Positions 19,201 through 27,944 of a DNA stretch of 64,000 nt are shown here, in pieces. How positions within the stretch are numbered: the stretch's first letter is position 1; every line of letters starts with the position of its first letter. Below the pieces are notes generated by a model. It did not search any database. It saw only the letters and a list, made by a program, of their open reading frames with translations, and had not been told where the DNA came from. A program made the position numbers and the translations under genes. Source of the stretch: an uncultured Clostridia bacterium (GTDB lineage Bacteria; Bacillota; Clostridia; Oscillospirales; Ruminococcaceae); assembly GCA_947625335.1 (NCBI GenBank), contig CANQNY010000001.1:3924-67923 (forward strand), given 5' to 3'.

Positions 19201-19897
19201 ACTGGCAAGCGTCGGGGAGAGAAGTGTCGCCTATCCCGAAAATTGCGGAAAAATGCGCCGAATCGCCCGACTCGCGGATAAGATTTTCAAGCCACGCGGG
19301 GCGGTCCTTCTCGGAAAACTGCCCGTTGAACTCGTCGGAGGTCATATTAAACAGCGTGAGCAGCTCATTGTTGAAAAACGTGCAGTAGGCGTTGCTGCCG
19401 TCGGTTTTGATTATTGCGATACCGCCGGGGATATTGTCCATAAGCGCGGACAGATGCCGCTCGCTTTCAAGCTGTTTTTTCATGCTGTCGCGCTCGGAGC
19501 GGATTTTGTCAAGCTCGCACAAACGCAAAACGCTCTTTATGCGGTGTTTTAACGTCCCCGTTTCCTCGCCGCGCGCAACGTAATCCACCGCGCCAAGCTC
19601 CAGAACGCGCATACGCGTTTCGGGGTCGTTGTCGGAAGTCACCGCGATTACCGGAAGTCCGCGCAATGCGGGGTCGGCGTTTATCCGCTCAAGCAGCTCG
19701 CAGCCGTCCATTTCGGGCATAATTATATCAAGCAACACCACGTCTACCGAGCATTCGCCGCCTCGCAGCAGCCGCAAAGCCTCGTCCCCGCTTTCGGCGG
19801 ACACGACGTTATAGCTGTCGCGGAGCATTTCCGTGAGAATTTCTATATTTTGCTTTATGTCATCAACTATAAGAACGGTTACGGTTTTGTTGTCCAT
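13235..19897 (-). CDS. giant c-di-GMP enzyme (about 2220 aa): REC-PAS(n)-degenerate GGDEF-EAL-PAS(n)-GGDEF-GAF
   Basis: REC (IVDD, LLDIIMP); ARLFSDHF degenerate GGDEF; AEALVRW and DDFGSGYSS EAL; RDTD-IVGRYGGDEF second GGDEF; C-terminal FVGFDECR..WTQEQ GAF. Confidence 0.92.
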   Translation of the reverse strand: MDNKTVTVLIVDDIKQNIEILTEMLRDSYNVVSAESGDEALRLLRGGECSVDVVLLDIIMPEMDGCELLERINADPALRGLPVIAVTSDNDPETRMRVLELGAVDYVARGEETGTLKHRIKSVLRLCELDKIRSERDSMKKQLESERHLSALMDNIPGGIAIIKTDGSNAYCTFFNNELLTLFNMTSDEFNGQFSEKDRPAWLENLIRESGDSAHFSAIFGIGDTSLPDACQWVRLIAGVMGESGGKREIYCVFLDINAEKRQELRANEVGKRLRTNESHLEALLDNAPGGIAYAERDDYGKMKTLFASLGLAELLGYPDYESCMNEIGENPSAGISDEDVQIIRQKISRSLTTGKHLKYSFSCKTKDGGELWLLMRGQLVFNDEGRLCLYAFITNTTKEREIEQELRITAYFDPLTGLYNRSAFMKNAQDILNANPLAEYSIMKLNIGGFKVLNDVLGRDVGDKLLITIAGVLRDVIGKNGVYARLFSDHFAMLIPYSERSIHPQTILDAVQKAVSDAPEISHEVQFYIGVYKVTDRELSVDNMTDRASIACRSISGSFREHIAYYDDKMRRQMIEEQEICDDARRALKNKEFYVCYQPIYGIRAKKFVSAEALVRWNHPTKGQILPAKFIPVFEKNGFIAELDLYVLEQVCIYQKKRFDEGLPPFPISVNVSRMSLYNPNLFETISELTDRYRVDPKYFRIEITESAYNDNPSQLLDTIGRLRRKCYPVLMDDFGSGYSSLNTLKDIPIDVLKLDMKFMQGFEKNGKVGTIVTSVARMSKWLNVPLLAEGVETREQYEFLASIGCAYIQGFYFSRPVPENDFTQLVAQEEITAYAEPIETYGMGEDVNELLGSNALVSKFISSVFGGLGIYEMVDGKLELIRANDGYRQIMGYSQDDFSEENSNIWSKMPPEDAEVSKNACLEAMRTDKATRASIRRYDKNGRVLHLDGIHRRLGGSNDNPIFCIAFNNITDKIESDRIIEQSRSRIEQVLKITDSIILDIDFDDDSVFQVGDLSDYGFDFEGIINYVKEGKIFENITHPDDVEKVRIFHDDLTRGKISEEFRLFNKRTNAYSWWRFTETRSFNQNGKIVRLIGIGTNIDSEKKAELALAQANDRIAAAMNNFSEGILIMELPENAEPKILFSNSSFWQIIGKQRAAGPNVLDYVRGGVDNEDLERIITTAKAAESVHMTYHTIRSDGKGAWIELTTARSVFGESNSRIYMVIVSDVTEQQENRMKLNAILGSFDGGVALVAESGGELRIDFANDNFYDVLCVRKEDEQRIKSMLKATVYAKNDTGDLHIRRGDGSTRIVRIHLEKSDSPMRGENRYVIVANDVTIARTAARNRVAERTANAEAGLYDLVYEVNTKNRTLRLIYSRYKHNNPELSKPLPIDCVLQEWAENYIHPADVESARAMYNMPINSPDFTDAYMNIRAANIHGDSDYHTFSVVLVRLRSDFCKLFIRDMARVDSSVASEKVAQTDRLYQTVAEQTNTTVIEFDHTQNRVICSPSINEFWASRLSENEFCNREEFRKGLAVYPEDREIFAEFIERVYSSDEPQSVTLRLKMADENYKWCRMTISLNRSGQKVLKSLCTINIVHSEVIARKKAEHTDELLRRTVRHIPVGVGIFRIDNGKPVPVYLSDNIYRMYGLKPGSIDAPVLPTEELVNNHRLYDRSEGEYALEAMRADGSRFWVNVQYRVLEEQGELMLYAVITDNSAKIEIDRRKTVEEQMYKVLLEETGTIIFDYKPDSDELTYLCRDDRGAIEYHTIEKLLQNPDSLTLLDGVDRANFIFVLKQLCETVGTRELPVKIEVGGYPRRFKAFMKSVCDDSGKIFEIIGKIEDVDDEAARLEKIQAKAMYDALCVDIYNKATTEELIKAELERSTGGALMMIDVDDFKSINDTLGHMFGDEFLKKFASTIKKAFRDTDIVGRYGGDEFFVFMPHATGALAEKKGSIILKNIAEIEVPQLGSIKSSIGVAAVNPDNRSYRQILRQADSALYEAKNRGKNCVVQFDPVTMSETSYRAESAVSQGRSGVVLSSNPNFAASLVMRMFSALYTSLDVTDGINQALALLGRAFDVSRVYIFEDSDDGEYCSNTFEWCGEGVESVMDTLQNLSYKDDLGGNYRENMDDDGIFYCHDINSLSDIHREILERQNVRSVLQCSISDNGKFKGFVGFDECRGSRFWTQEQIDSLVFLSKVIAIFLMKERLKNRSEQLLGSKE

Positions 19898-20107
19898 AAA
19901 AGCAGCCCTCCACAATACATAATAAACTATTTTAATTTTACCATATTGTAAGAAAAATGTCAAGTTTTATATTTGATTTTTGTGCAAAACATCCAAATAT
20001 TTTTGTAACTAAATTTTCTTAAAAATTTCAAAAAATATTGTATAATTAAACTGTAATATGCAGGGATTTTTAACGTCATTATAATTGAAGGGAAAAATAA
20101 AAGGGAA

Positions 20108-20677
20108 GTGATGGGATTGACCGACAGCGAGATTATTTCAATGCTTTGGGAAAGAAACGAAAAAGCACTCGCGGCGTTAAGCGAGAAATACGGGGGATAC
20201 TGCTCGGCTATCGCCGAAAACATTCTCGAAAACCGCGAGGACGCCGAGGAATGTGTGAACGACGCCTATCTCAAAGTTTGGGAGAAGATCCCGCCCGAAA
20301 AGCCGAAAATCCTTTCCGCGTTTATTGCGAAAATCGCGCGGAACGCCGCTATCGACCGATACCGCGCGGCTCACGCTCAAAAACGCGGGTGCGGCGACAT
20401 AGAGCTTATTTTCGACGAGCTTGACGGTGTAATTTCGAGCGTACATAACGCGGAGGATTCCGCCGCGCGCCGAGAGATGATAAACACGATAAACAGGTTT
20501 TTAAGGCGGCTGTCGGCGAAAAAACGACTTGCGTTCGTGTTAAGGTACTGCTGCTGCGAGAGCGTTCAATCTATATCACAGCGACTCGGAATGAGCGAAA
20601 ACAACGTTGCGGTTATGCTTTCGCGAACCAGAAACGCTTTACATGAGCAATTCAAAAAGGAGGGCTATAATTTATGA
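20108..20677 (+). CDS. ECF sigma-70 factor
   Basis: EDAEECVNDAYLKVW, IARNAAID, region 4 ISQRLGMSENNVAVMLSRTR. Confidence 0.92.
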   Translation: MMGLTDSEIISMLWERNEKALAALSEKYGGYCSAIAENILENREDAEECVNDAYLKVWEKIPPEKPKILSAFIAKIARNAAIDRYRAAHAQKRGCGDIELIFDELDGVISSVHNAEDSAARREMINTINRFLRRLSAKKRLAFVLRYCCCESVQSISQRLGMSENNVAVMLSRTRNALHEQFKKEGYNL

Positions 20678-22149
20678 AAAACACACTATTCGACTTACTT
20701 GGAGAAATTGACGACAAATTCTACGAAGAGGCTCTTTGGGAAAACGACCCCGGAGCTAAACTCCGCCCCGAAAAGAAAAAGGCCGTTATAAGAGTGCCGT
20801 TTATCGCGGCGGGAGCGGCTGCGGCGGCGGCTTTGTTTATCGTGCTGGCGTACAAGCTGCCGATTTCCGAAAAACCAAACGTCTCGGGAGCTGCGAATTC
20901 AAACAGCATATCCGAAAGCTTGAGCAGCTCGGACAATTCAAGCACGGGCGCGGAATATATCGGAATTCTCGCAAGCGATATTGAGGAATGCAAGGAAATC
21001 CTTGCCGAAAACGCTTCGGGCGCGGATATTGATATTATTGAAAGCCGAATTATGGATATAAACTTCGACGGCAAGGACGAGATTGTCGTTCTTGCAAACG
21101 GCGGCTACGGGGCGGCGGTTTTCTCCAAAAACAAGGACGGTATTTCGCAGACGGGGCGTTTCGCGCAGGGCGTGAGCATGGAAGGGCTTACGTCGCTTGA
21201 AATGCTGAACAAATTCGACAAAAACGGCGAGAAATACTGGTATTACTGCTATAATTATGATAACGGCATTTTTTACAACACATATATTCTCGCCGCGGTG
21301 AAGTTTGACGGGGAGGAATATTTTACCGAGAGCCTGCTTTCGTTCGGAACGCTGTATTACTCCGACCTTGAAGAACCCGTAAAGCAGAAATTCTACCGCA
21401 AGGGCTGGGACGATACCGACATCGGGATTGCCGGCGAACATAAGAGCGACATTCGGCGCGAGGAATTTAAGGCTTTGTGGGAGCAGTATGACGCTGCGCC
21501 CGATTTCGAGGAACTTGACCAATACGGCGGGGATGTTCTCGGAGAATACGACTTTGGCGACGGAATAACAGGCAAGCTTGTCGGCACGGGCAAAATCGCA
21601 GACAGCAGCCTGCTTTTGGGAGAAACGCAATATTCGGGCTGCAAGGCTGTTATCGACTTTAATGGAACGACCCTCGAAACGACCCTCATGGCGGTGTCCG
21701 TTTCGACAACCGCGCCGTCGCCTTTCGCCTTCAACGACTCCCCGAACTACAATTTGCGGCTTATAAAGCTTGCGGACGGCTATATTCTGGCGTTTACGTA
21801 TGAGGGAGAATCAACGCCCAAGGAAACGACGTTTTACGGGATAGTTGACATTGACGGAAAGCCTCAAATGTTCGATTCAAGGCTTTTCGGGCAGGTTTTA
21901 CACGAAGTCGACGCGCTCTCGCTGTTTGAAGGAAACACGTCTGAAATCGGGACCTCGTTCGGAGTGTTCCTGTCGGACAACTTAAGCATAAACGGGAATA
22001 CTTTTTCCGACAACGAAAACGGCGTTTTCTACACATTTGATTTCGACAACATCAGAATGGGAATTACCGCTCCCGAAAACTACAAATTCGGCTATGACTT
22101 TACAACAACCAAAGACGGAACAGCGTTTGAAGACGAAACACTCGGATAA
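20674..22149 (+). CDS. putative membrane anti-sigma factor with large extracytoplasmic domain
   Basis: ATGA-coupled to the ECF sigma; LGEIDDKFYEEA N-terminus typical of clostridial anti-sigmas; one TM helix and Ser-rich linker. Confidence 0.7.
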   Translation: MKNTLFDLLGEIDDKFYEEALWENDPGAKLRPEKKKAVIRVPFIAAGAAAAAALFIVLAYKLPISEKPNVSGAANSNSISESLSSSDNSSTGAEYIGILASDIEECKEILAENASGADIDIIESRIMDINFDGKDEIVVLANGGYGAAVFSKNKDGISQTGRFAQGVSMEGLTSLEMLNKFDKNGEKYWYYCYNYDNGIFYNTYILAAVKFDGEEYFTESLLSFGTLYYSDLEEPVKQKFYRKGWDDTDIGIAGEHKSDIRREEFKALWEQYDAAPDFEELDQYGGDVLGEYDFGDGITGKLVGTGKIADSSLLLGETQYSGCKAVIDFNGTTLETTLMAVSVSTTAPSPFAFNDSPNYNLRLIKLADGYILAFTYEGESTPKETTFYGIVDIDGKPQMFDSRLFGQVLHEVDALSLFEGNTSEIGTSFGVFLSDNLSINGNTFSDNENGVFYTFDFDNIRMGITAPENYKFGYDFTTTKDGTAFEDETLG

Positions 22150-22168
22150 CAACAAAACAAGGCTGACA

Positions 22169-22200
22169 AAAAACGCGCCGGACGCCCGGCGCGTTTTTTA
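22169..22200. terminator. bidirectional terminator
   Basis: AAAAACGCGCCGG-ACGC-CCGGCGCGTTTTT. Confidence 0.8.
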
Positions 22201-22222
22201 TATAATCGCACGAATGCTTTTA

Positions 22223-24178
22223 TTACTCCTCGGACTCTGAGGACTTGGGCTCGGAAAGCGCCCTGATAGAAAGGCTTACGCGGTTCTTTTCATTGTCGAT
22301 GTCGATAATCTTGACCTCGACCTCCTGACCAACCTTCAGCACGGTATTGATGTCCGCAACCCTTTCAGCGGAAATCTGGCTTATGTGAATAAGTCCGTCA
22401 ACGCCCGGGATTATCTGCGCGAACGCGCCAAATTCCGTAATGGAAACTATCGTCGCCTTGATAACATCGCCCACGGCATACTCCGCCACGAACTTCGTCC
22501 AGGGATTGTCCTCGGGGTCTTTCGCGGTGAGGGAAACTCTCTTCTTCTCGGGATCAAAGCTCTTTACAACAACATTTATCTTATCGCCGATTTTAACAAT
22601 GTCCTTCGGGTGACCAACTCTGTTCCAAGTAAGATCCGCCGTGTGAACCAGCCCGTCAATCGGACCGATGTCGACAAAAACGCCGTAATTCTCGATAGAG
22701 CGAACCTCGCCCTCGAATTTCTGACCAACCTCGATGGTCTCCCAGAACTTCGCACGCTCGGCGTCGCGCAGCTCGCGGTTCGCCTGTCTTATCGAACCCA
22801 CAACTCTGCCGCCGCGCTCGTTTGAAACCTCGATAATCTTGAACTTAACGCTCTTGCCCTTGAGATCGTCAAGCTTGCCGCCGCGCGGAACACCGGTGTG
22901 AGACGCGGGAATAAACACGCGCGTATTCTCGTAAATCACGATAACGCCGCCCTTTACGACCTGCGCCACATTGCCCTCGATGGTCTCGCCCGACTCCTTT
23001 ACAGCCTCCAGCTTTTCAAGTCCCAGAGCCGCGTCAACGCGCTTTTTGGAAAGAGCCGCCGTGCCGACGGAATCATCAACCTTAATAACCACCGCGTCAA
23101 TAACGTCGCCCGGCTTTACAATGTCCTCCACCTCGGCGTTGGGATCGCTGGAAAGCTCCTCACGGGTTATGTACCCCGTTTGCTTCGCGCCGACTTCCAC
23201 GACCGCTTCTTTTTTAGAAACGCTTACAACAGTAGCCTTAACTCTTTTGCCGGTATATAATCTGTTAAAAGACTGATCCTGCTCGAGCAGCGAAGCAAAG
23301 TCCTCCTCATTTTCATTATTGTTGATAATCTCTTTGTTCATCTTTTCATGAACCTCCTTAATGGTATCGGCGGGAGTGGACGCCCCTGCCGTTATTCCGA
23401 TAATACTATCGGAGCGCAGACCCTTCAAAGCCCGCATAGGAAACTCCTCGGCGCTGCTTACGAATACCGTCTTGCAGTACTGCCCGCAGATTTCCGCCAG
23501 TTTCCTTGTGTTCGAGCTGCTCCTGCCTCCGACAACTATCATCAGCGCAGCCCTCTGTGCAAGCCGCCGAGCGCTTTCCTGCCGCTTTGCGGTGGCGTCG
23601 CACACTGTATCAAATATTTCAACGCAGCCGTACCTTTCGCGGACCCGTTCTGACAGCTCCGCAAACCTGCTGCGGTCGAAGGTGGTTTGAGATACCACGG
23701 CGACCCTATCGCCCGAACCTATCTCGCCGCTTTCAAAAAGGCTCTCAAGCTCGGCTTTATCCTTGCAGGAAAAAGCCCTGCATGCGGCGTGTCCCACAAT
23801 CCCCTTGACCTCGGGGTGCTCGCCGTCGCCAATCACGACAAGTTTCGCGCTTTCGGGAAGAGAACCCGCAATATCGTGTATTTTCTTTACAAACGGGCAA
23901 GCGGCGTCAATCACCGCGCGGCACTCTTTGCGCGCGCGCTCTTCAACCTCTCGCGGAACGCCGTGCGACCTTAACACAACCGCCTTCCCGCGGCAGACCG
24001 ACAAATCGTTTACCGCGTGAATGCCTTTTTTATCCAGCCTATCCACAACTATTTCATTATGAATAAGCTCACCGAGCGTGTAAACCTCGCCGTATGCTTG
24101 CGCGGCATTTTCGGCAAGGCGAATTGCCCGCCTTACCCCGAAACAAAAACCCGCGTTTTCGGCAACTTCTATCTTCAT
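22223..24178 (-). CDS. ispH: fused 4-hydroxy-3-methylbut-2-enyl diphosphate reductase / 30S protein S1
   Basis: AGFCFGVRRA, IHN, SHGV, ACPFV, TVCDAT..RQ, SSNTRKL, GASTP IspH motifs, followed by four S1 repeats (FGAFAQI..GVDGLIHISQI). Confidence 0.95.
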   Translation of the reverse strand: MKIEVAENAGFCFGVRRAIRLAENAAQAYGEVYTLGELIHNEIVVDRLDKKGIHAVNDLSVCRGKAVVLRSHGVPREVEERARKECRAVIDAACPFVKKIHDIAGSLPESAKLVVIGDGEHPEVKGIVGHAACRAFSCKDKAELESLFESGEIGSGDRVAVVSQTTFDRSRFAELSERVRERYGCVEIFDTVCDATAKRQESARRLAQRAALMIVVGGRSSSNTRKLAEICGQYCKTVFVSSAEEFPMRALKGLRSDSIIGITAGASTPADTIKEVHEKMNKEIINNNENEEDFASLLEQDQSFNRLYTGKRVKATVVSVSKKEAVVEVGAKQTGYITREELSSDPNAEVEDIVKPGDVIDAVVIKVDDSVGTAALSKKRVDAALGLEKLEAVKESGETIEGNVAQVVKGGVIVIYENTRVFIPASHTGVPRGGKLDDLKGKSVKFKIIEVSNERGGRVVGSIRQANRELRDAERAKFWETIEVGQKFEGEVRSIENYGVFVDIGPIDGLVHTADLTWNRVGHPKDIVKIGDKINVVVKSFDPEKKRVSLTAKDPEDNPWTKFVAEYAVGDVIKATIVSITEFGAFAQIIPGVDGLIHISQISAERVADINTVLKVGQEVEVKIIDIDNEKNRVSLSIRALSEPKSSESEE

Positions 24179-24191
24179 ATTATCGGAAAAA

Positions 24192-24800
24192 TCAATCAAG
24201 TTCGGGAGCGCACTCTTTAAGCTTTGCAATCTCCCCCATAATAAGCTCGCTTACACCGCGAATTTGACGCTTGTCTTCAATATCAATAGCGAATTTCTCG
24301 GCAGGAATAGCTTTCCCGACCGAAACCAACGCCCTGCGCCTGAAAAAACGCTTTTTCCCATACTTCACGAACACGGGAACCACAGGCACGCCCGCCCGAG
24401 CCGCAATAAGCGTAACCCCGCTTTTGGGCTTGCCAAGCTCGCCGTCTTTAGAACGCGTCCCCTCCGGGAAAATCACGAACACCCTTCCCTGTTTCAGGCT
24501 GTCAAGCGCGCTGTCAATAGCCGCGCGGTCTTTCGAGCCGCGCTTTACGGGAAAAGCCCCCAGCTTTTTTATCAGCCACGTGAACACGGGATTTATGTGA
24601 AAAAGTTCCTCTTTCGCCATAAAAGTGTACTTGCCCTTGAAAACAATCCCCACCATGGGCGGGTCGTTGTTGGAAACGTGATTTGACGCAATGATATAAG
24701 AGCCTTTTTGCTTAGGGATATTCTCCCTGCCCAAAACGATTATCTTAAAATAAATGTGAAAAGCCAAAGACACCAGTTCGCGCGCGAGGGCATAGAACAT
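24192..24800 (-). CDS. plsC: 1-acyl-sn-glycerol-3-phosphate acyltransferase
   Basis: NHVSNND (HxxxxD) and FPEGTRS motifs. Confidence 0.92.
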   Translation of the reverse strand: MFYALARELVSLAFHIYFKIIVLGRENIPKQKGSYIIASNHVSNNDPPMVGIVFKGKYTFMAKEELFHINPVFTWLIKKLGAFPVKRGSKDRAAIDSALDSLKQGRVFVIFPEGTRSKDGELGKPKSGVTLIAARAGVPVVPVFVKYGKKRFFRRRALVSVGKAIPAEKFAIDIEDKRQIRGVSELIMGEIAKLKECAPELD

Positions 24801-25510
24801 TATCCGCGCTCCTTTGACAATTTATTGTGAACAGCGTTTTCAATTATCCCGCACACCAGCTCCACCGCCTGCTCTAAATCAAGCTCGGACGTATCAGCCA
24901 AAACCGCGTCGTCCGCCATTTTAAGCGGAGCAGCTTTCCTGTGGGAATCATCATAATCACGCTTTTGCATATCCGCAAGAACGTCTTCGTACCTCGCCTC
25001 AACGCCCTTCCCCGTAAGCTCATCGCAGCGGCGTTTTGCGCGCACCTCGGGACTTGCCGTGAGGAAAATTTTAACATCGGCGTTCGGCAAAACAACCGTC
25101 CCGATGTCCCTGCCGTCCATGATAACATCGTTTTCTTCGGCAATCTTCCGCTGAATACCAAGCAAAGCTGCCCGAACCTCAAGGACAGCCGACACCGCGC
25201 TTGCCGCCATGGACACCTCCGGTAGGCGTATCTCCTCGGAAACGTCCTCGCCGTTCAGATAAACGCGCTGTACCCCGTCGACAAGCCGTATCGCCACCGA
25301 GATTTCGGGAACACGCGCGGCAATGTTCGCCGTGCTTTCAACGCCGCCATGTCTCATGCAATACAGCCCGACCGCCCTGTAAAGTGCGCCCGTATCGCAA
25401 TAGACAAACCCGAGCCTTTTCGCGCAAGCCCTTGCGACAGTACTTTTGCCCGCGCCCGCGGGACCGTCAATCGCGGCGGAAACCGTCCTTTCAGATGCCA
25501 AAAAACTCAC
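24800..25510 (-). CDS. cmk: (d)CMP kinase
   Basis: AIDGPAGAGKST, DTGALYR, MDGRDIGTVV, RDYDDSHR..APL. Confidence 0.96.
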   Translation of the reverse strand: MSFLASERTVSAAIDGPAGAGKSTVARACAKRLGFVYCDTGALYRAVGLYCMRHGGVESTANIAARVPEISVAIRLVDGVQRVYLNGEDVSEEIRLPEVSMAASAVSAVLEVRAALLGIQRKIAEENDVIMDGRDIGTVVLPNADVKIFLTASPEVRAKRRCDELTGKGVEARYEDVLADMQKRDYDDSHRKAAPLKMADDAVLADTSELDLEQAVELVCGIIENAVHNKLSKERG

Positions 25511-25614
25511 TCCGAACAGGGAAAATTCTCAAAAAAGATACAATTATCCCAATTTATCAATCACTTAATTATACCATACTTAAACCAAAATTGCAAGGGG
25601 GTTTTTGAAAATTT

Positions 25615-26853
25615 TCAGATACTTTTCACGAAATCCGCTGCGGACAGCCCCGCAAGTCTGCCTGTGGAAAACGCTATTTGGAGATTAAAACCGCCCGTGT
25701 ACGCGTCGACGTCGATTATCTCCCCTGCGAAAAACAATCCCCCGCACAACGCGCTTTGCATGGTTTTGGGGGAAATTTCCTTTACCGATACGCCGCCGCG
25801 CGTCACGACCGCCTCGTCTATCGGGCGAAAATCCTTGATATTGAGCATAAAATTTTTCAGCGTTTTAACCAAATTTTTGCGTTCAATTTTAGTTATTTCA
25901 GAGATTTTTTTATTATAGGGAATATTTACTATCTCCGCGAACGGTTCGCAAAGCTCCGCAGGGAGCAGTTTTCTTAAACTTTCGGCGAACGTTTTGCCGT
26001 GAAGTTCCCCGAAATCACGCAAAATCCGCGCGTCAAGGCGTTCCTCCGAAAGCGCGGGTTTTAAGTCGATTTTCAGGGAATAACGGTGTTTCTGGGGCTC
26101 AAAAATGTGCGCCGAGGCGCTAAGCGTTACCGCCCCGCCAACGCCGTCGGGTGTGAACGAAAGTTCCCCGAAATCCTCGAAAACGGGCTTTTCCTCGCGA
26201 AAAAGCGTGACCGCGATGTTTTTAAGCGTAAGCCCCGCCGCCCTGCAAGCCGTTTTTTCCTCTGTCACCAGCGGACACAGCGACGGCACGGGCGGCACTA
26301 TAGTATGCCCCGCCTGCCGAGCAAGCCCATAGCCCGACCCGTCCGAGCCGGTTTTCGGGTAGGACGCGCCGCCTGCCGCAATAATCACCGCTTTTGAGAG
26401 AATTTGCCCATTTTGGGTGTTCACTCCGCAGCAAGCTCCGTTTTCGATTACAAGCGAACGGACGTTCTCTTTCACAACCTGTGCGCCCGCCGCCCGCATT
26501 CCGCGCTCCAGAGCCGAAACGACGTCCCCTGCCTTGTCCGACACGGGAAACACGCGCCGCCCGCGCTCGGTTTTAAGCGGTACTCCGAGCCGCTCGAAAA
26601 ACTCCATAGTATCGCTCGGAGAAAACGCGGACAGCGCGCTGTAGAGAAATCTGCCGTTATTCGGGACGTTCTCCATAAATTCGGGAATGTCGCAATTATT
26701 TGTGAGATTGCACCTGCCCTTGCCCGTAATGGACAACTTTCGCCCGAGCGCGGCGTTTTTCTCGGCGACAAGCACTCGTGCGCCCTTTTCTGCGGCAAAC
26801 AGAGCCGCGGTCATCCCCGCTGCGCCGCCGCCGACCACCACTATATCATACAT
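25615..26853 (-). CDS. HI0933-family flavoprotein (NAD(P)/FAD oxidoreductase)
   Basis: GGGAAGM, GRKLSITGKGRCNLTN, GRRVFP, VTRGGV, GGFNLQIAFSTG. Confidence 0.92.
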   Translation of the reverse strand: MYDIVVVGGGAAGMTAALFAAEKGARVLVAEKNAALGRKLSITGKGRCNLTNNCDIPEFMENVPNNGRFLYSALSAFSPSDTMEFFERLGVPLKTERGRRVFPVSDKAGDVVSALERGMRAAGAQVVKENVRSLVIENGACCGVNTQNGQILSKAVIIAAGGASYPKTGSDGSGYGLARQAGHTIVPPVPSLCPLVTEEKTACRAAGLTLKNIAVTLFREEKPVFEDFGELSFTPDGVGGAVTLSASAHIFEPQKHRYSLKIDLKPALSEERLDARILRDFGELHGKTFAESLRKLLPAELCEPFAEIVNIPYNKKISEITKIERKNLVKTLKNFMLNIKDFRPIDEAVVTRGGVSVKEISPKTMQSALCGGLFFAGEIIDVDAYTGGFNLQIAFSTGRLAGLSAADFVKSI

Positions 26854-27706
26854 CTTTTTTATAAACGCCCTTGCTGTCCCAAAGCTGTTCCAACTTTTGG
26901 AAAGTTTGTTCAACGCGGCAGCGGTTTGCGGAGGAGACCATTGCAATAAGCGCGTTTATAAGGCTCATGGGAGCGACAAGGCTGTCCACAAACGACACCA
27001 TATCCGAATACGCAAACAGCGAGGTGTGCGCGAACTGCGTAAGCGGAGAGCTTTCGCTGTCGGTTATCGCGATTATGTGCGCACCCGAATCGTGCGCGAA
27101 TCTGCAAGCCTCTATAGTGCTTGCGGCATATCTCGGAAAGCTCATCGCGATAAGAAGATCCCCCTCGCCTATGTGTATCATCTGCTGGTAAATTTCAGCC
27201 GTTCCGACTGCGCCGACAAGGGTCGCTTTATCAAAAATCATTCTGAGGTAATAATGCATAAAGCTTGCCAAAAGTCCCGAACTCATCGCGCCTTGAATGT
27301 AAATGCGCTTTGCCGCGAGAATTGTGGACACGGCGTCCTCGAATTTCTCGTTGTTCACGCTTTCAAGCGTTCGGCGGATTTTGTCTATATCTTGATTTAA
27401 AACCGCCGCAACGGGGTTTTCATCGCCTATCCTGCTGCGGGAAACGTCCATTCTCTGGAGCGAAGTAAGGCGGTTTTTGATGTGGCTCTGAAGTGAACGC
27501 TGCAGCTGAGGATAGCCTTCAAAGCCCATTTCTATCGCAAATCTCACGACGGTGGACTCGCTGACGTTTACGGCGTTGCCGAGCTTTAAGGCGGTCATAT
27601 ACGCCGCCTTTTCATAATGCGCGAGAATATAGTTTGCAATAAGCCGCTGACTTTTTGAAAACTGCGGCAGCTTTTCTTCTATGGCTTTAAGCAGATCTTC
27701 ACTCAT
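26846..27706 (-). CDS. MurR/RpiR-family transcriptional regulator
   Basis: N-terminal HTH (VSESTVVRFA..GFEGY) plus SIS domain (SFPRYA, ITDS..SPL). Confidence 0.92.
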   Translation of the reverse strand: MSEDLLKAIEEKLPQFSKSQRLIANYILAHYEKAAYMTALKLGNAVNVSESTVVRFAIEMGFEGYPQLQRSLQSHIKNRLTSLQRMDVSRSRIGDENPVAAVLNQDIDKIRRTLESVNNEKFEDAVSTILAAKRIYIQGAMSSGLLASFMHYYLRMIFDKATLVGAVGTAEIYQQMIHIGEGDLLIAMSFPRYAASTIEACRFAHDSGAHIIAITDSESSPLTQFAHTSLFAYSDMVSFVDSLVAPMSLINALIAMVSSANRCRVEQTFQKLEQLWDSKGVYKKDV

Positions 27707-27824
27707 TTTTTGAAACCTCTTTCCGAAAAAATTTCCCCGTTCCCTTAATATCTATCCTTATGATACTACTTTATCGCGGATTTTGCAAGTGTTTTTGCAG
27801 AAAAATTTTTTAATTCCTGCAAAA

Positions 27825-27853
27825 TTTGTGCAGTTTTGTGCAGTTTGCGGAGT
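27825..27853 (+). promoter_or_regulatory. 10-bp direct repeats upstream of the portal operon
   Basis: TTTGTGCAGT TTTGTGCAGT TTGCGGAGT at 27825-27853. Confidence 0.45.
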
Positions 27854-27944
27854 GATAACATAAGCTCAAGGGAAAGGAAACCGACCCTTAATACACGGGC
27901 GGGGCGCACCCGAACGCCTTGCCCGAAGGAAAGGAGGAGTAATT

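Noticed and set aside
19945-19970. Third copy of the VanR-like box before the giant DGC/PDE gene
   Set aside because: Only one TGTAAG half-site, and it lies in the spacer of an ordinary TTGACA/TAAAAT promoter.
22223-24178. ispH-rpsA fusion as a novelty
   Set aside because: A well-known fusion in Clostridia, here in its usual cmk-plsC context.
27795-27812. CodY box upstream of the capsid operon
   Set aside because: Only about 11/15 match to AATTTTCWGAAAATT in AT-rich DNA; not discriminating.
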